Shown: positions 30,520-41,199 of the stretch, piece after piece
Position numbering within the stretch: position 1 is the first letter of the stretch
Layout of the letters: each line of letters opens with the position of its first letter
Source: a virus
Taxonomy: Duplodnaviria > Caudoviricetes
DNA: 64,000 nucleotides
Direction: 5' to 3' (one strand)
Virus record (IMG/VR): IMGVR_UViG_3300032167_000006
Position numbers and translations under genes: made by a program
Notes under the pieces: generated by a model
Databases searched by the model: none
What the model was told of the DNA's origin: nothing
What the model saw: only the letters and a program-made list of their open reading frames with translations

Positions 30520-31254
30520 TTATTCTGTTTTTGCTCCTACTTTATCAAAGAATGATTGTTTGTCATATTTCTTAATACTATTATTTTCTCCAGTCATTAA
30601 ATTATATGAATTAGTACCATATGCAGGTCGACCAATATAATTTAACATATTTTGAGCCATTACATACATATTACAAGTTGTAAGCATGTGGAATAATGAA
30701 AATAATGTATCTGAAGTCATAAAGAAAAATGTACCATCATTATTTAAATATACTTTCAAACCTATAGTTTCAAATCCATTAACCATATCAACAGCAGGTT
30801 CAAATTCAATATAATTATTAAATGCTAAATTAACCTTTATAGGTTCTGGATGAGTTGGTATAAATATTTTTCCATCTTTTTTAGAAAATATTGTATTAAT
30901 ACCATCTTCACCAATAAACCATTGCATAACTTTTTTAAGATTAAATATAAGAAAATATATATTTTCAGGACCTATAATAACTCTATCTTTAATATCTTTT
31001 GTATTATACTCTATAGAAAAATAGTAAGTGAAATCTCTTATTATTTTAACTCTATATGAAATATCATTTGGATTGGTTTTATATAAATATTCTCTATGAA
31101 AGTTTTCTTTAATTCTATCATTTGTATTATTATTTTTTCTTTGAAAATACAAATCTATATTAAAATTTAATGTAGCTCCAAATCCTAACCACATCACTTT
31201 ATCACTAATTCTATCATAATCATTATGAACTAAAGTGCACATTTCAACCATCAA
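30520..31254 (-). CDS. Hypothetical protein
   Basis: Clean ORF with an AACT-N6-TA motif upstream. Confidence 0.65.
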   Translation of the reverse strand: MMVEMCTLVHNDYDRISDKVMWLGFGATLNFNIDLYFQRKNNNTNDRIKENFHREYLYKTNPNDISYRVKIIRDFTYYFSIEYNTKDIKDRVIIGPENIYFLIFNLKKVMQWFIGEDGINTIFSKKDGKIFIPTHPEPIKVNLAFNNYIEFEPAVDMVNGFETIGLKVYLNNDGTFFFMTSDTLFSLFHMLTTCNMYVMAQNMLNYIGRPAYGTNSYNLMTGENNSIKKYDKQSFFDKVGAKTE

Positions 31255-31389
31255 TATACAGCCCTTCCTAAATTGATTTAAACTATTATATTTTAGTTTA
31301 AAGCAAAATAAAAAATAATATTTAGAAAATGAAATAGGGAGAGTTTATAACTCTCCCCATTCATTCCCTTTGGTCACTATATAGTAATT

Positions 31390-32646
31390 TTACTTACCAG
31401 CATTATTTGTAAGATGGGCTGGGATAAAATGCATATCATACTGCATAGCTCCATTCGGCAACATAATAGGATTAGGATTAAACAATATAACTATGATTTT
31501 ACCTTTATCTTTACAAGGTGTTGTAAATGCTATCGGATACTTAGCTAATAATTCAGGTATATCAATATACTCATTTATATTAACCTCAGTCAACTTAATA
31601 TTATTAGGTCTATCCGTAGCATTAAGACTCTTCATTTTATCCTTAAAATGTTTGCTATGGATTAAATCATATAAAGCATAAACTGAAAGGTTACTAGTAC
31701 CCAATAAAGATACTAAATGCTTGGCATTATCAGCCTCCATCTCGGCATCAGATAATCCACATGTTTTATGTTTAAAGCATGAAGGAATGTTCTGCTGATT
31801 CTGAGCATTCTGCTGATTTGTTGTAGTATTTACAACCGCAGGTTCTGTTTTGGTCTTTGGCATATTAGGTCCGAGCACAATTTTACCACCAGCAATACCA
31901 GCAGCTACAGGTGTTGTTTTGCTAGGCGTGATAAAATTATTAATATTAAAACCTGTTCCTACTGTACTAGCTACTGCTGGCTGTTGAACAGTACTATGCT
32001 CTGTAGAATTCATTACAGGTGCTGATTCCACACTGGCATTTTCAATATTTTGATCTTTAGCCTTATCTACTTTTTTAGATTCTTTAACAGGTTTGTTACA
32101 ATCTGGAGTATTATTAATCTCTTTACTTAATAATTCATATGCAGCTTTACGTTTTGCATTTGTAACTCCGAGTAAATCACCCCTCATCATATCTTTATTA
32201 GTGGAACCAAGTGCATTGGTTTCTTCATCAGGATCATACTCAGCAGCATATGCTATAATTTCATTTCTGCTTAAACCCTTAAGAGGTGAAGATTTATCCT
32301 CTGCTTCAGAGTCTTTTATTTCATTATTTTCTAAGCAACCAAGATCTACACTATTAGATTTAATATTAATTATAGATTTAAGTACATTATCTAAATTAAC
32401 GTTAAATTCTTTATTTTTATCTTCATTCTGCATAATACCTGCTAAGATATATGCTTCATTATAGTTATGACCTAGGCAAAGATTAATATAAGAAGAGTAT
32501 GCTTTTGATAATTCATCTGCATTTGATGCATTATGCATTTTAGAGATCACATCTTTAAAATCTTCATTTGGGAAGTTTTTAATTGTATGATTTTCCATCA
32601 AATGAATTACGACTCTTGCACCTTCTTTAATTTTGTTAATATTCAT
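31390..32646 (-). CDS. Hypothetical early protein with central low-complexity linker
   Basis: GAGGAGG RBS; early-type motif at 32726. Confidence 0.7.
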   Translation of the reverse strand: MNINKIKEGARVVIHLMENHTIKNFPNEDFKDVISKMHNASNADELSKAYSSYINLCLGHNYNEAYILAGIMQNEDKNKEFNVNLDNVLKSIINIKSNSVDLGCLENNEIKDSEAEDKSSPLKGLSRNEIIAYAAEYDPDEETNALGSTNKDMMRGDLLGVTNAKRKAAYELLSKEINNTPDCNKPVKESKKVDKAKDQNIENASVESAPVMNSTEHSTVQQPAVASTVGTGFNINNFITPSKTTPVAAGIAGGKIVLGPNMPKTKTEPAVVNTTTNQQNAQNQQNIPSCFKHKTCGLSDAEMEADNAKHLVSLLGTSNLSVYALYDLIHSKHFKDKMKSLNATDRPNNIKLTEVNINEYIDIPELLAKYPIAFTTPCKDKGKIIVILFNPNPIMLPNGAMQYDMHFIPAHLTNNAGK

Positions 32647-32764
32647 TTATTTGTCCTCCTCAAGACATAATTTTTATTTATATTTATAGTGACCTTTTAA
32701 GATATTCTATATCTTATTACACTATTATATTATATAATTAAAAAAACCTTTAATTACAAAAATA

Positions 32765-32794
32765 ATACAGATAGGGATTTCTCCCTATCTGTAT
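32765..32794 (-). terminator. Hairpin terminator after the helicase gene
   Basis: ATACAGATAGGGA TTTC TCCCTATCTGTAT. Confidence 0.8.
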
Positions 32795-34314
32795 CATTCT
32801 TTATATACTGTAGTACACATTACATTTTTAGTATTGTATTTCTTTTCTATAGATACAGACCTATTTTCTAATTCTTCATCACTCATAAATATATCTTTAC
32901 ATGATTTAGAATATACTGAAAATATTGGTTTCTTTGCCTCGTAGTATTTTTTGGTAAAGAAGAATCCATTATCTACAACGTCTATATATAAAGTATTATC
33001 TTCCCTACATCTTCCAAGTGTCTGTCTAGCTAAAACTTCTGATTTAAATGGCTCTGCTAAATTAATAACACACCTAAGATCTTTTATATCACTTGCAGCT
33101 CCGCATGACTTAGTAGTACTAAGAATTATCTTATTATACAAATTGACTTCTTTGGCTCCTTTTTCAACAGCACTTGTATATATTCCTACACTGCCATTTA
33201 AAAATGGAAATTGAGAAATGATATAGTCGTAAACCGTCGTAATACCTGCATTTGTACCTATATAAATAAGTATCTTACCATTTATATTAAATACCATATC
33301 TATAAGTATAGTAACAAGCTTAAGAAAGTTAGGTCTATTTACAATATATGATACATATCTATTACGATCAAATCCATATTGATTTTTACATCTATTAATA
33401 TCCATAGCTGTTGGATGGGAATTAAAATGCATCGCACAATAGTTAACATGTGGATCTGTTTCTTCATTAAATAAAGAAATAGCTGGTATATTTTTAAAAT
33501 ACATTTTATATATTTCATTTTCTTCTTTAGAAGATCTTGCAGGGGTTGCTGTTAAATATAAAGTCTTTTTAGTATTAGAATGAAAATCTATTTTACACAT
33601 ATTATCGAAATATAAATGAGCCTCATCAAATACTTTTAATGAGCATTTTAAATATTTAAATAATTCATCAACAGTATTCCATCCATATTTATCACCATAT
33701 GATCTTATAGTAGCATGAGACGCTAATATGATTTGATATTGCATTGGATCTCTATTAAGTATTTTATGAATGCTTGAAGAACCTGTTAGCATATAGATTT
33801 GTTTTTCATCTAACTGAGTATATTCTAATATTCTATCTTTCCATTGATTTAACCAATCAATAGAGTTAGTTATTATAATAGCTCGTGATCCAGTATAACA
33901 TACTGTGGCTACAGTTAGAAATGTTTTACCAGAACCTGTAGTTGAGTTAACACATAATTGCGATTTTGATTTTGTATAAAAATACTTGTCTTCGCCTAAA
34001 ATAAATTTAAGAATTTCTAATTGCCTATCATCTTTAGGTAAATATTTTATAGGCATAGGCTCAGTATTTTCAAAAGGATCACATGATTTATCTACTACAG
34101 GCTCGCACATAAATGTATTTTTAAGATAATTTATATCAAATCCTCTTGGGATGATAAGTTTCTTATTTTCTTCATCATATTCAATCGCTTTAAAGAATGA
34201 TTGATGATATGTAGGATTCCATACAGAAAATAAATATTCTAAACGTGGAGCATCTCCCATTTCATAATTATTTATTTCTATTCTAGAATGCTTTAAAATA
34301 ATTTTATCCATCAT
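32794..34314 (-). CDS. Superfamily 2 DEAH helicase (UvsW-like)
   Basis: TTGSGKT, VFDEAH, LTATPAR and QTLGRCR motifs. Confidence 0.92.
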   Translation of the reverse strand: MMDKIILKHSRIEINNYEMGDAPRLEYLFSVWNPTYHQSFFKAIEYDEENKKLIIPRGFDINYLKNTFMCEPVVDKSCDPFENTEPMPIKYLPKDDRQLEILKFILGEDKYFYTKSKSQLCVNSTTGSGKTFLTVATVCYTGSRAIIITNSIDWLNQWKDRILEYTQLDEKQIYMLTGSSSIHKILNRDPMQYQIILASHATIRSYGDKYGWNTVDELFKYLKCSLKVFDEAHLYFDNMCKIDFHSNTKKTLYLTATPARSSKEENEIYKMYFKNIPAISLFNEETDPHVNYCAMHFNSHPTAMDINRCKNQYGFDRNRYVSYIVNRPNFLKLVTILIDMVFNINGKILIYIGTNAGITTVYDYIISQFPFLNGSVGIYTSAVEKGAKEVNLYNKIILSTTKSCGAASDIKDLRCVINLAEPFKSEVLARQTLGRCREDNTLYIDVVDNGFFFTKKYYEAKKPIFSVYSKSCKDIFMSDEELENRSVSIEKKYNTKNVMCTTVYKE

Positions 34315-34615
34315 TCAATATCCTTTCTTGAACTAGGTTTTAAAGTAGCATTGGTCATAGTAGCTCCACAATGCGGACAAAAAGGCAAATGACTCATATC
34401 TATAATAACGCCATTACCATCATATGATAAACACATTCTACAATTACTACAACCACATCTATCATTTACAAATATCCATTCTGCAAATATTTCTTCTTTT
34501 ACTTTAGCAGGTTCCATATTATTTATTGCTTCTTTAGTTACAAACATGTCTGGCATAACCGCTAATGGCAAATACTGCCAGGAAATTTTATCAACTTCAA
34601 TATATTTTTTATTCA
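34311..34615 (-). CDS. Small zinc-ribbon protein
   Basis: AEW...CSNC...FCPHCGATM; start approximate (MNKK near 34616, after a GAGGTG RBS). Confidence 0.65.
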
Positions 34616-34667
34616 TTAATATCACCTCTTAAAAAATAATAAATCAACCGCAATATAACATTATTGT

Positions 34668-34761
34668 AATATATATGACTGTGGTTGGTTATATGTATTG
34701 CATATTTCTCCTAATACACATTATTATGACAGCATCCCGTAGGGTTAACGCCCTACGGGAT
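34668..34761 (+). ncRNA. Candidate late sRNA with an anti-RBS loop
   Basis: AACA-N6-TA at 34657; stem TGTATTG/TAATACA with loop CATATTTCTCC; terminal hairpin 34734-34761. Confidence 0.45.
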
Positions 34762-34772
34762 AACTGTTCTTT

Positions 34773-35159
34773 TTATCTGAGTATTGTAGTTTCTAAACCA
34801 TTAATAAAAGTTACTCTAATAGTATTTTGTTTGAAGTGATTTTTAAGTTCTTCAGCATGTATAAAAACATTTCGTTTCCATTCATGAATATCTATACCTT
34901 TATCATACTCGGTATAATCAGCTTCTAAAACAAATACTTCTTCTCCGCCATTAGGACATCCCCATATTTGTTTGTAAACGGTTTTAGCAGGTTTAACAAG
35001 CCAAGATATAGAACCATCATTATAATTTTCTTCAAATTCTTGAAGAAATCTACAAAAATTATCAAAAGACATTCCGGAAACTAATTCTCCAGAATGATAA
35101 CCTTCAATTGTTGAAATTGTTACTATAGCTTTTGTATGATTTAATTTATATTCTTCCAT
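34773..35159 (-). CDS. Hypothetical protein
   Basis: Coupled downstream of the RNAP subunit gene. Confidence 0.7.
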   Translation of the reverse strand: MEEYKLNHTKAIVTISTIEGYHSGELVSGMSFDNFCRFLQEFEENYNDGSISWLVKPAKTVYKQIWGCPNGGEEVFVLEADYTEYDKGIDIHEWKRNVFIHAEELKNHFKQNTIRVTFINGLETTILR

Positions 35160-35161
35160 TT

Positions 35162-37357
35162 TTATTTTCCTTCTTTTTCTACAATCTTAACCATTTCTAT
35201 ACCTTTATCAGGATCATTAATTTTAACATCATCGCTAAATAATCCATCTGACATATAGACCTGAGGTTGCTCACAGAAGAATAAATCAAAGAATGATGGT
35301 GCATGCTTAGAATATGACAGCGGATCATAGAGAACTTTACCAAGATTCTTATACAATAATGATACAACAATACTAGGATTATTAACAAGAGCATGGTCAA
35401 GTGTTAATAATTTATATTGTGTATATGGATTATTCCAATTAGGTTTAGCTAATACATTATCGGGTGATACTATCTGATTTGCCAATATTACTTCAAGATG
35501 AACAGCATCTACATCAAGTCCACCATCTATTACCAAATCAATAAGAGTCTGTAAGGCTTCATCTTTAGTCATCTTTTCAGTGACATCAGATTTATTAATA
35601 CAGTTAATAATATCATTCATAGTCTTACTAATCTCATCATTTGATATTTTGATATAGAATAATATATCTTCGGTAAGAGCACTTAAAGGAATAGCTACCT
35701 TACCATCTACAGCAGAAGCTTTATTACGAATTTGCTTATTAAGCTCATTTGAAATATATAAAGAATCATTATCTTGAGTTCCACATTCTATCATTTCACC
35801 AGTAGGTGTTTGTATATAGAATCTGGTAACGTATTCATTATAAACTCCAGAATTTTCATCTATATCAAAAGCTATTTCATTACCATCATCATCATATGAT
35901 ATAGTATCTTCTTCCTCATTAACAAGAAATACATCTTCTGGATCTATAATCATAAAATATTTCTTAAGATCTATGTCATCTAAATCTGTAAGTTTAATAG
36001 CATTAGATTCTACATCAAAGAAATCTTGAAATTGCGGTAACCATTTCATGGCAACAATATGAGTTTCAAGAAGATGTTTTGCTGATAATAGAATCTGTGT
36101 TAATATTGATGATAATATTTCTGCAGCAATCTTACCTACGTTAATATTAATATTGGTGTAGAAAAGATCTCCATAACAGCATTTACAAATACCTGTACCT
36201 GAAGTTCTAGATGCACAAGTCATTGGACTTTTAAGATATATAGTTTGACCTATAAGATGCTTATCTTTTTTATAATCAACAAGATACTGCATACCATTAG
36301 GTTTAAAACGATAATATCTATTTTTAATCATATTAAGATGCTTCTCAGTTTTTACTTCATACTTCATAAAATGCTGAGACATGCATTCATAATTAAAATC
36401 TGGATTCAATATAGTGTCAATATTATTCAGTCCAAGAAGTCTTGCAAAGTCACCAGAATCACCAACGTTATTCTTAGATAGAATCTGAGCTTTTCTAGCT
36501 GTAGATGATTCTATAAAATAATCTGTTGGCGTATTAACGCCACCTGTAGTAAAGCTTCTGTCAATCTTATGATCAAATACCAATCCATCATTAGCTGGTT
36601 TTGTGCCAATATTAAGTCTTGCTTCTTTAAACTGTCTTGGGTTTATAGCTTCAGATGCTTTAAAACTATTAGCAAGCCCATGGTCATAACCCAAATATTG
36701 TCTGCTATTTTTGATTATTTCAATAGCTTTATTTGTTGCTTCCATACCAGCATCCTTAACTTGGTCAAATGGCACATCGGCTAAAGATACATGAAGCAGA
36801 TCTCTATATGCAGGAACTGCCTTCATGAGTGCTATATCATCTTCATTATTAATTGTATTTGCTAAATAATAAGAAAAATGTTCTATATTACTATAGTTCC
36901 ATAATCCATCGCAAATATTATTATTCAGAAATACATTACCATATTTAATCTTATTTTCTTTTGTTAACACATATTCATCGACAAAGTTCTTAATATTTTT
37001 TCTTTTGAGCTCTGGTGACCAGAATATATGCTTAGGTCTTATTTGATTATTGTTTTTAAGCACCATACTCCACATGAATAAACTAAACCAATAATCCACA
37101 ATAAATAATTTGCAAGATATGTTATTCTCCCATGCAATTTCAATCATTAGATTATGTATATAATCCTCATCAATACCATCTTTTAAGATGGCTCCTATAC
37201 CATCAATATGGTCTGCAATGTTCTCTGCTGTTATATCCTTAGGAACATAGATTGAAATACATGTTTCACGATTTTTTATCATATCTGCATAGATATAATA
37301 ATTTTTAAAATTCACCAGATAAGTTTCTGGAATTTGTGTGGTTGTTGTTTGTGACAT
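35162..37357 (-). CDS. Multisubunit RNA polymerase beta'-like subunit, C-terminal piece; probably non-virion RNAP
   Basis: Bridge-helix-like SGDFARLL; zinc site KSPMTC...ICKCCYG; trigger-loop-like GKIAAEILSSILTQILLSAKH; VHLEVI; early-type promoter at 37387. Confidence 0.9.
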   Translation of the reverse strand: MSQTTTTQIPETYLVNFKNYYIYADMIKNRETCISIYVPKDITAENIADHIDGIGAILKDGIDEDYIHNLMIEIAWENNISCKLFIVDYWFSLFMWSMVLKNNNQIRPKHIFWSPELKRKNIKNFVDEYVLTKENKIKYGNVFLNNNICDGLWNYSNIEHFSYYLANTINNEDDIALMKAVPAYRDLLHVSLADVPFDQVKDAGMEATNKAIEIIKNSRQYLGYDHGLANSFKASEAINPRQFKEARLNIGTKPANDGLVFDHKIDRSFTTGGVNTPTDYFIESSTARKAQILSKNNVGDSGDFARLLGLNNIDTILNPDFNYECMSQHFMKYEVKTEKHLNMIKNRYYRFKPNGMQYLVDYKKDKHLIGQTIYLKSPMTCASRTSGTGICKCCYGDLFYTNININVGKIAAEILSSILTQILLSAKHLLETHIVAMKWLPQFQDFFDVESNAIKLTDLDDIDLKKYFMIIDPEDVFLVNEEEDTISYDDDGNEIAFDIDENSGVYNEYVTRFYIQTPTGEMIECGTQDNDSLYISNELNKQIRNKASAVDGKVAIPLSALTEDILFYIKISNDEISKTMNDIINCINKSDVTEKMTKDEALQTLIDLVIDGGLDVDAVHLEVILANQIVSPDNVLAKPNWNNPYTQYKLLTLDHALVNNPSIVVSLLYKNLGKVLYDPLSYSKHAPSFFDLFFCEQPQVYMSDGLFSDDVKINDPDKGIEMVKIVEKEGK

Positions 37358-37386
37358 ATATTTATTCCTCCTTATATTATTATAGA

Positions 37387-37396
37387 TATAATATAC
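37387..37396 (-). promoter_or_regulatory. Early-type promoter GTATATTATA (RNAP beta' C-terminal piece)
   Basis: Same motif about 30 nt before the start codon. Confidence 0.6.
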
Positions 37397-37518
37397 ATTT
37401 AAAAAAGATTTATATCCATATTAATAAAAAGTACTTTTAAGAATAAAATTATAAAATAAATAAACCGTATGGGTTTCCCCATACGGCTATCTATTTATAC
37501 AGAGAGTGAAATATTAAA

Positions 37519-38013
37519 TTAGAAAGTAATCTTGGGAAGTGCAGGCATTTTCTTCATATTCTTAATATGCTGAACCTGAGATTTCTTTGCAACCATTTTT
37601 GCTTTGGTTTCATATTTCTTGAAAATGCGGCTACGAAGATCGCGTTCTCTAACTCTGTTAAGAGCAAGTTTATTAAAGAGAGGATCTTTTGCATTACGAG
37701 CAAGGATTAAGCTTGCTAAGTGAGCACGACGAGTAAAGTCATCATTTTTGTTAAGACGAACAAAAGTCTTTTTACTCATCTTTCTAGCCTCAACAAGAGC
37801 CTGAACTTCTGCAGATTCTACAAATGATTTCTGAGCATTCTCACCGCCATCGAAATATGTAACGCTTTCAAGAGCTGCAGCTTGCATATTTGCATCAACT
37901 TCAGCAGCAATAGCATCCATACCCTCTTCGGTTTCAGGATCTGCAATATTAGCAGCTATATCAATATCGTTAATTGTATTAGCATCGCTTTCTAAAACTT
38001 TTCCAAATAACAT
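37519..38013 (-). CDS. Putative abundant internal virion protein (acidic N-terminus, basic C-terminus)
   Basis: Late promoter; strong RBS; several (V/L/F)-x-E candidate protease sites. Confidence 0.5.
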   Translation of the reverse strand: MLFGKVLESDANTINDIDIAANIADPETEEGMDAIAAEVDANMQAAALESVTYFDGGENAQKSFVESAEVQALVEARKMSKKTFVRLNKNDDFTRRAHLASLILARNAKDPLFNKLALNRVRERDLRSRIFKKYETKAKMVAKKSQVQHIKNMKKMPALPKITF

Positions 38014-38087
38014 GGTATATACCTCCTAAATAGTTTATTTTGTTTAGATCTAAAAAATTAAGTATATTTATAAATGCACTTAAGATT

Positions 38088-38099
38088 TATTAATATGTT
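38088..38099 (-). promoter_or_regulatory. Late promoter AACA-N6-TA
   Basis: AACA TATTAA TA upstream of 37519..38013. Confidence 0.7.
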
Positions 38100-38176
38100 T
38101 ATGATTTTAAATATGGTTAAACTTCCAAATAAAAATATATTATATATTTGTAATATATTGAAAGGAGAAATAAAAA

Positions 38177-40309
38177 ATGTCGCAAGATTTTATGAAGGCT
38201 ATGAGCCTTAAAGCTATTCAAGAATACGAACAAGTAATGGTAGATGGATTAAAACGTTCTTTTCCATTATTAAACGAATGTGAATTAAGAGAAGCAATTC
38301 AATATTCTATTACAAATCGTCTTGAAAACAAACCAGCTTATTTGGAAAATAATTACACAAAAAATAAAATCAATGGCACAGTTTTAGATATAATAAACTA
38401 TATCCAAAAACTAGAACCTATAATGACATCAAGCGGTGTTTTATTTAAGAAGCACAAAGAAGCAGATAATCCACTTGCAAAAATGATTATGGGTTTTATC
38501 GAACAACGTGGAATTTATAAGAAGGAAATGTTTAAGCATCCTAAAGGAACTGAAATGTTTGAACGATATAATCTCTTTCAGTTACTTGAAAAACTTAATG
38601 CGAATGCAACCTATGGTGTATTGGGTGCCCCTACGTCGTTGTATTACAATATCTATGTAGCTGAAGCAATTACCAGGCAAGGACGTTCATATATCAGTTG
38701 TTCTATTATGTTATTTGAATCACTATTAGCTAACAATATTAAATTTAATAACCTTAATGAAATAATAACTTTCATTAATAATGTGGAACATGAAAAACCT
38801 AATAGAAAACTTATTGATAGTTATATTTTAGATAGAAATATAACTCTTGAAGAATGTTTCTTTAAAGTAATGAATACTGTTGATATGATGATATGGGTTC
38901 CATCTGAAGATGAAATGGCAAGAGTATGGGAATACTTAAGAGGATTATCTCAAGAAGATATAAATCGTATTTATTATAAAAATAATTTATATACTTTTGT
39001 AGATTTACCAATAGTAACTGATCTTATTATTAAAATACTTTGTGAAATTGATGACCCATTTATGGATCCCAATAAACCACCAAAGAATATTAAAGAAGAT
39101 CTTGATACTTTAGTATCAATGGTTAAAGAATATGTATATTACCCACATTTCTATATTGATAAATTAGATAGATTGGAATATATGCAGAGAGATATAGTTG
39201 CTATAAGTGATACTGACTCAACCATTATATCATTTGATGCATGGTATAGATTTATTCTTGATAAAGTTTATAATATAGATATGCCTGTAAAGCATCAGAA
39301 ACGTGATATGGTAGAAGTAATCAAAGCAGATGAATGGGGAGATAAGCCATTAAGAGAAATGGTCACTTATGTAGAACCAAGATATGATTATAATTTCTAT
39401 ACTGATGAGGTTATTGAATTAGATCGACTTGTTGAACCATGCGTATTAGTCCCTCAAGATAATCTTAGATATGCTATTATAAATATTATTGCTTATATAT
39501 GTAGTGATCTTGTTGTGGATTATCTTGCAGAATATACAAAACTCTCTGGTAGTTATGTCGAAGGTACTAAATGTCGCATGATTATGAAAAATGAATTCTT
39601 ATTCCAACGTGTTATGCTTACTGAGAGTCGTCGAAATTATGCAGATATACAGAATCTTCAAGAGGGTAATATTATTCCTAAAGGTATTAAAAGCCAGTTA
39701 GCAATAATGGGTTTACCTATGAATAAAACTACATTATCAGACGACGTTAGAAAAAGATTACAGCAAATTTTATATGAAGATGTGTTAACTGCAGATAAGG
39801 TTGATCAAGTTAATGTAATGAAAAAGCTTATAATATTTGAAAAAGAAATTTATAATAGTATTATGAATAAAGAAACCAAGTATTATAAACCTGATAATAT
39901 AGCAGCTATAAATAGTTATAATAAAGATCCATTGTCTGTAAATGGTATTCTTGCAGCTACTATTTATAATGAGATGCGCAATGAAGATATGCCTGCTATT
40001 AATCTTGAAGAACGTAATAAGATTACTAAAATTAAGATTGACGTTAATAAAAAGAATGTAGATAAAATCAAAGATACTTATCCAGAAGAACATGCTAAAT
40101 TAGTTAGACTTCTAAATCATCCAATACTTGGAGCTAAAGTTACAGTTATAGGATTACCACCTGATGTCGCTGTTCCAGATTGGGTGTTGAGTTTCGTTGA
40201 CTTTACTACAATTATTAACGATCAGCTTAAGAACTTCCCTCTTGATAGTATTGGGCTTAAGAGATTGAATAATGATTCGGTTAACGTATCTAATATAATT
40301 CAATTATAA
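38177..40309 (+). CDS. Family B DNA polymerase, C-terminal piece (motifs B and C)
   Basis: LLEKLNANATYG (motif B) and ISDTDS (motif C); no exonuclease domain or motif A. Confidence 0.88.
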   Translation: MSQDFMKAMSLKAIQEYEQVMVDGLKRSFPLLNECELREAIQYSITNRLENKPAYLENNYTKNKINGTVLDIINYIQKLEPIMTSSGVLFKKHKEADNPLAKMIMGFIEQRGIYKKEMFKHPKGTEMFERYNLFQLLEKLNANATYGVLGAPTSLYYNIYVAEAITRQGRSYISCSIMLFESLLANNIKFNNLNEIITFINNVEHEKPNRKLIDSYILDRNITLEECFFKVMNTVDMMIWVPSEDEMARVWEYLRGLSQEDINRIYYKNNLYTFVDLPIVTDLIIKILCEIDDPFMDPNKPPKNIKEDLDTLVSMVKEYVYYPHFYIDKLDRLEYMQRDIVAISDTDSTIISFDAWYRFILDKVYNIDMPVKHQKRDMVEVIKADEWGDKPLREMVTYVEPRYDYNFYTDEVIELDRLVEPCVLVPQDNLRYAIINIIAYICSDLVVDYLAEYTKLSGSYVEGTKCRMIMKNEFLFQRVMLTESRRNYADIQNLQEGNIIPKGIKSQLAIMGLPMNKTTLSDDVRKRLQQILYEDVLTADKVDQVNVMKKLIIFEKEIYNSIMNKETKYYKPDNIAAINSYNKDPLSVNGILAATIYNEMRNEDMPAINLEERNKITKIKIDVNKKNVDKIKDTYPEEHAKLVRLLNHPILGAKVTVIGLPPDVAVPDWVLSFVDFTTIINDQLKNFPLDSIGLKRLNNDSVNVSNIIQL

Positions 40310-40310
40310 A

Positions 40311-40336
40311 ATAGAGAGGGAGAAATCCCTCTCTAT
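40311..40336 (+). terminator. Hairpin after the polymerase C-terminal piece
   Basis: ATAGAGAGGGA GAAA TCCCTCTCTAT. Confidence 0.75.
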
Positions 40337-40359
40337 AAATTTATTAAGGAGAAATTATA

Positions 40360-40857
40360 ATGAAATTAGCAGTAAGTTATTTTTATCAAATTAGATTTTT
40401 TAAACCTTATATGATACCTATATCCACTGCAGTATGGGATCCTAAATGGTATCATGCAAATAAAGATCAAAAATATATTTTTAAAGATAAAAATGGAGTT
40501 ATTAATGGCGTAAGATCCGCCATGCTAATGCCAGGAGAAACATGCAAAGATTTATGTCGTGGTCCTGGAATGTGTTTTTGTAAAACCGGAATAGTTGATC
40601 CTAATAATTGTGATTTTCTTAAAGCATATACGAATCAATTAAATAGTATAGATTTTAATATATTTATGAATAACTTAGAAGAAATGTGTAATAAAGTTAA
40701 AAATGTATTAAACTTTTATGAAGAGCCTATTGTCGTGTTCATTGTGCATGAATCATGTGATAATATATGTAGCGAAAGAATTCCAATTATAAATGTATTT
40801 AGAAATAAAGGATATGAAATTGATGAATTGAAATATCCTATAAAAGAAAATTATTAA
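40360..40857 (+). CDS. Hypothetical protein, DUF488-like
   Basis: N-terminal SYF..I...PIST..W.P.WY and late VFIVHE...CSER pattern. Confidence 0.45.
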   Translation: MKLAVSYFYQIRFFKPYMIPISTAVWDPKWYHANKDQKYIFKDKNGVINGVRSAMLMPGETCKDLCRGPGMCFCKTGIVDPNNCDFLKAYTNQLNSIDFNIFMNNLEEMCNKVKNVLNFYEEPIVVFIVHESCDNICSERIPIINVFRNKGYEIDELKYPIKENY

Positions 40858-40872
40858 AAGGAGAATATTAAA

Positions 40873-41076
40873 ATGAGTATTGAAGAAATTATTGAAGCAA
40901 GGGTAGAAGAGATTATAGAAAAATATAGAAACGGATTTCAGTTAAATGGAAACGCTATGTCTGAACGAGATGAAGTATTTTTAAGAAATGGTATTGCTAA
41001 TGGTATAGTTATTGCCGGATTAGCATTAACTAATACTAATTGCGATAATATATTAAATCCAAATAAAAATAAATAA
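40873..41076 (+). CDS. Small hypothetical protein
   Basis: AAGGAG RBS; terminator follows. Confidence 0.65.
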   Translation: MSIEEIIEARVEEIIEKYRNGFQLNGNAMSERDEVFLRNGIANGIVIAGLALTNTNCDNILNPNKNK

Positions 41077-41083
41077 TTAAATT

Positions 41084-41125
41084 AATACCATAGGGAGAAA
41101 TCCCTATGGTATTTTTATTTTTTTT
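41084..41125 (+). terminator. Intrinsic terminator with T-tract
   Basis: AATACCATAGGGA GAAA TCCCTATGGTATT followed by TTTATTTTTTTT. Confidence 0.85.
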
Positions 41126-41129
41126 AATT

Positions 41130-41139
41130 ATATATTATA
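41130..41139 (+). promoter_or_regulatory. Early-type promoter ATATATTATA (Trp-repeat operon)
   Basis: Same motif directly after a terminator. Confidence 0.6.
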
Positions 41140-41199
41140 ATAGTGATAGTAAATGAGGTCGATATTGCTATTAATAAAATTTATAGGAGAATAAATATT

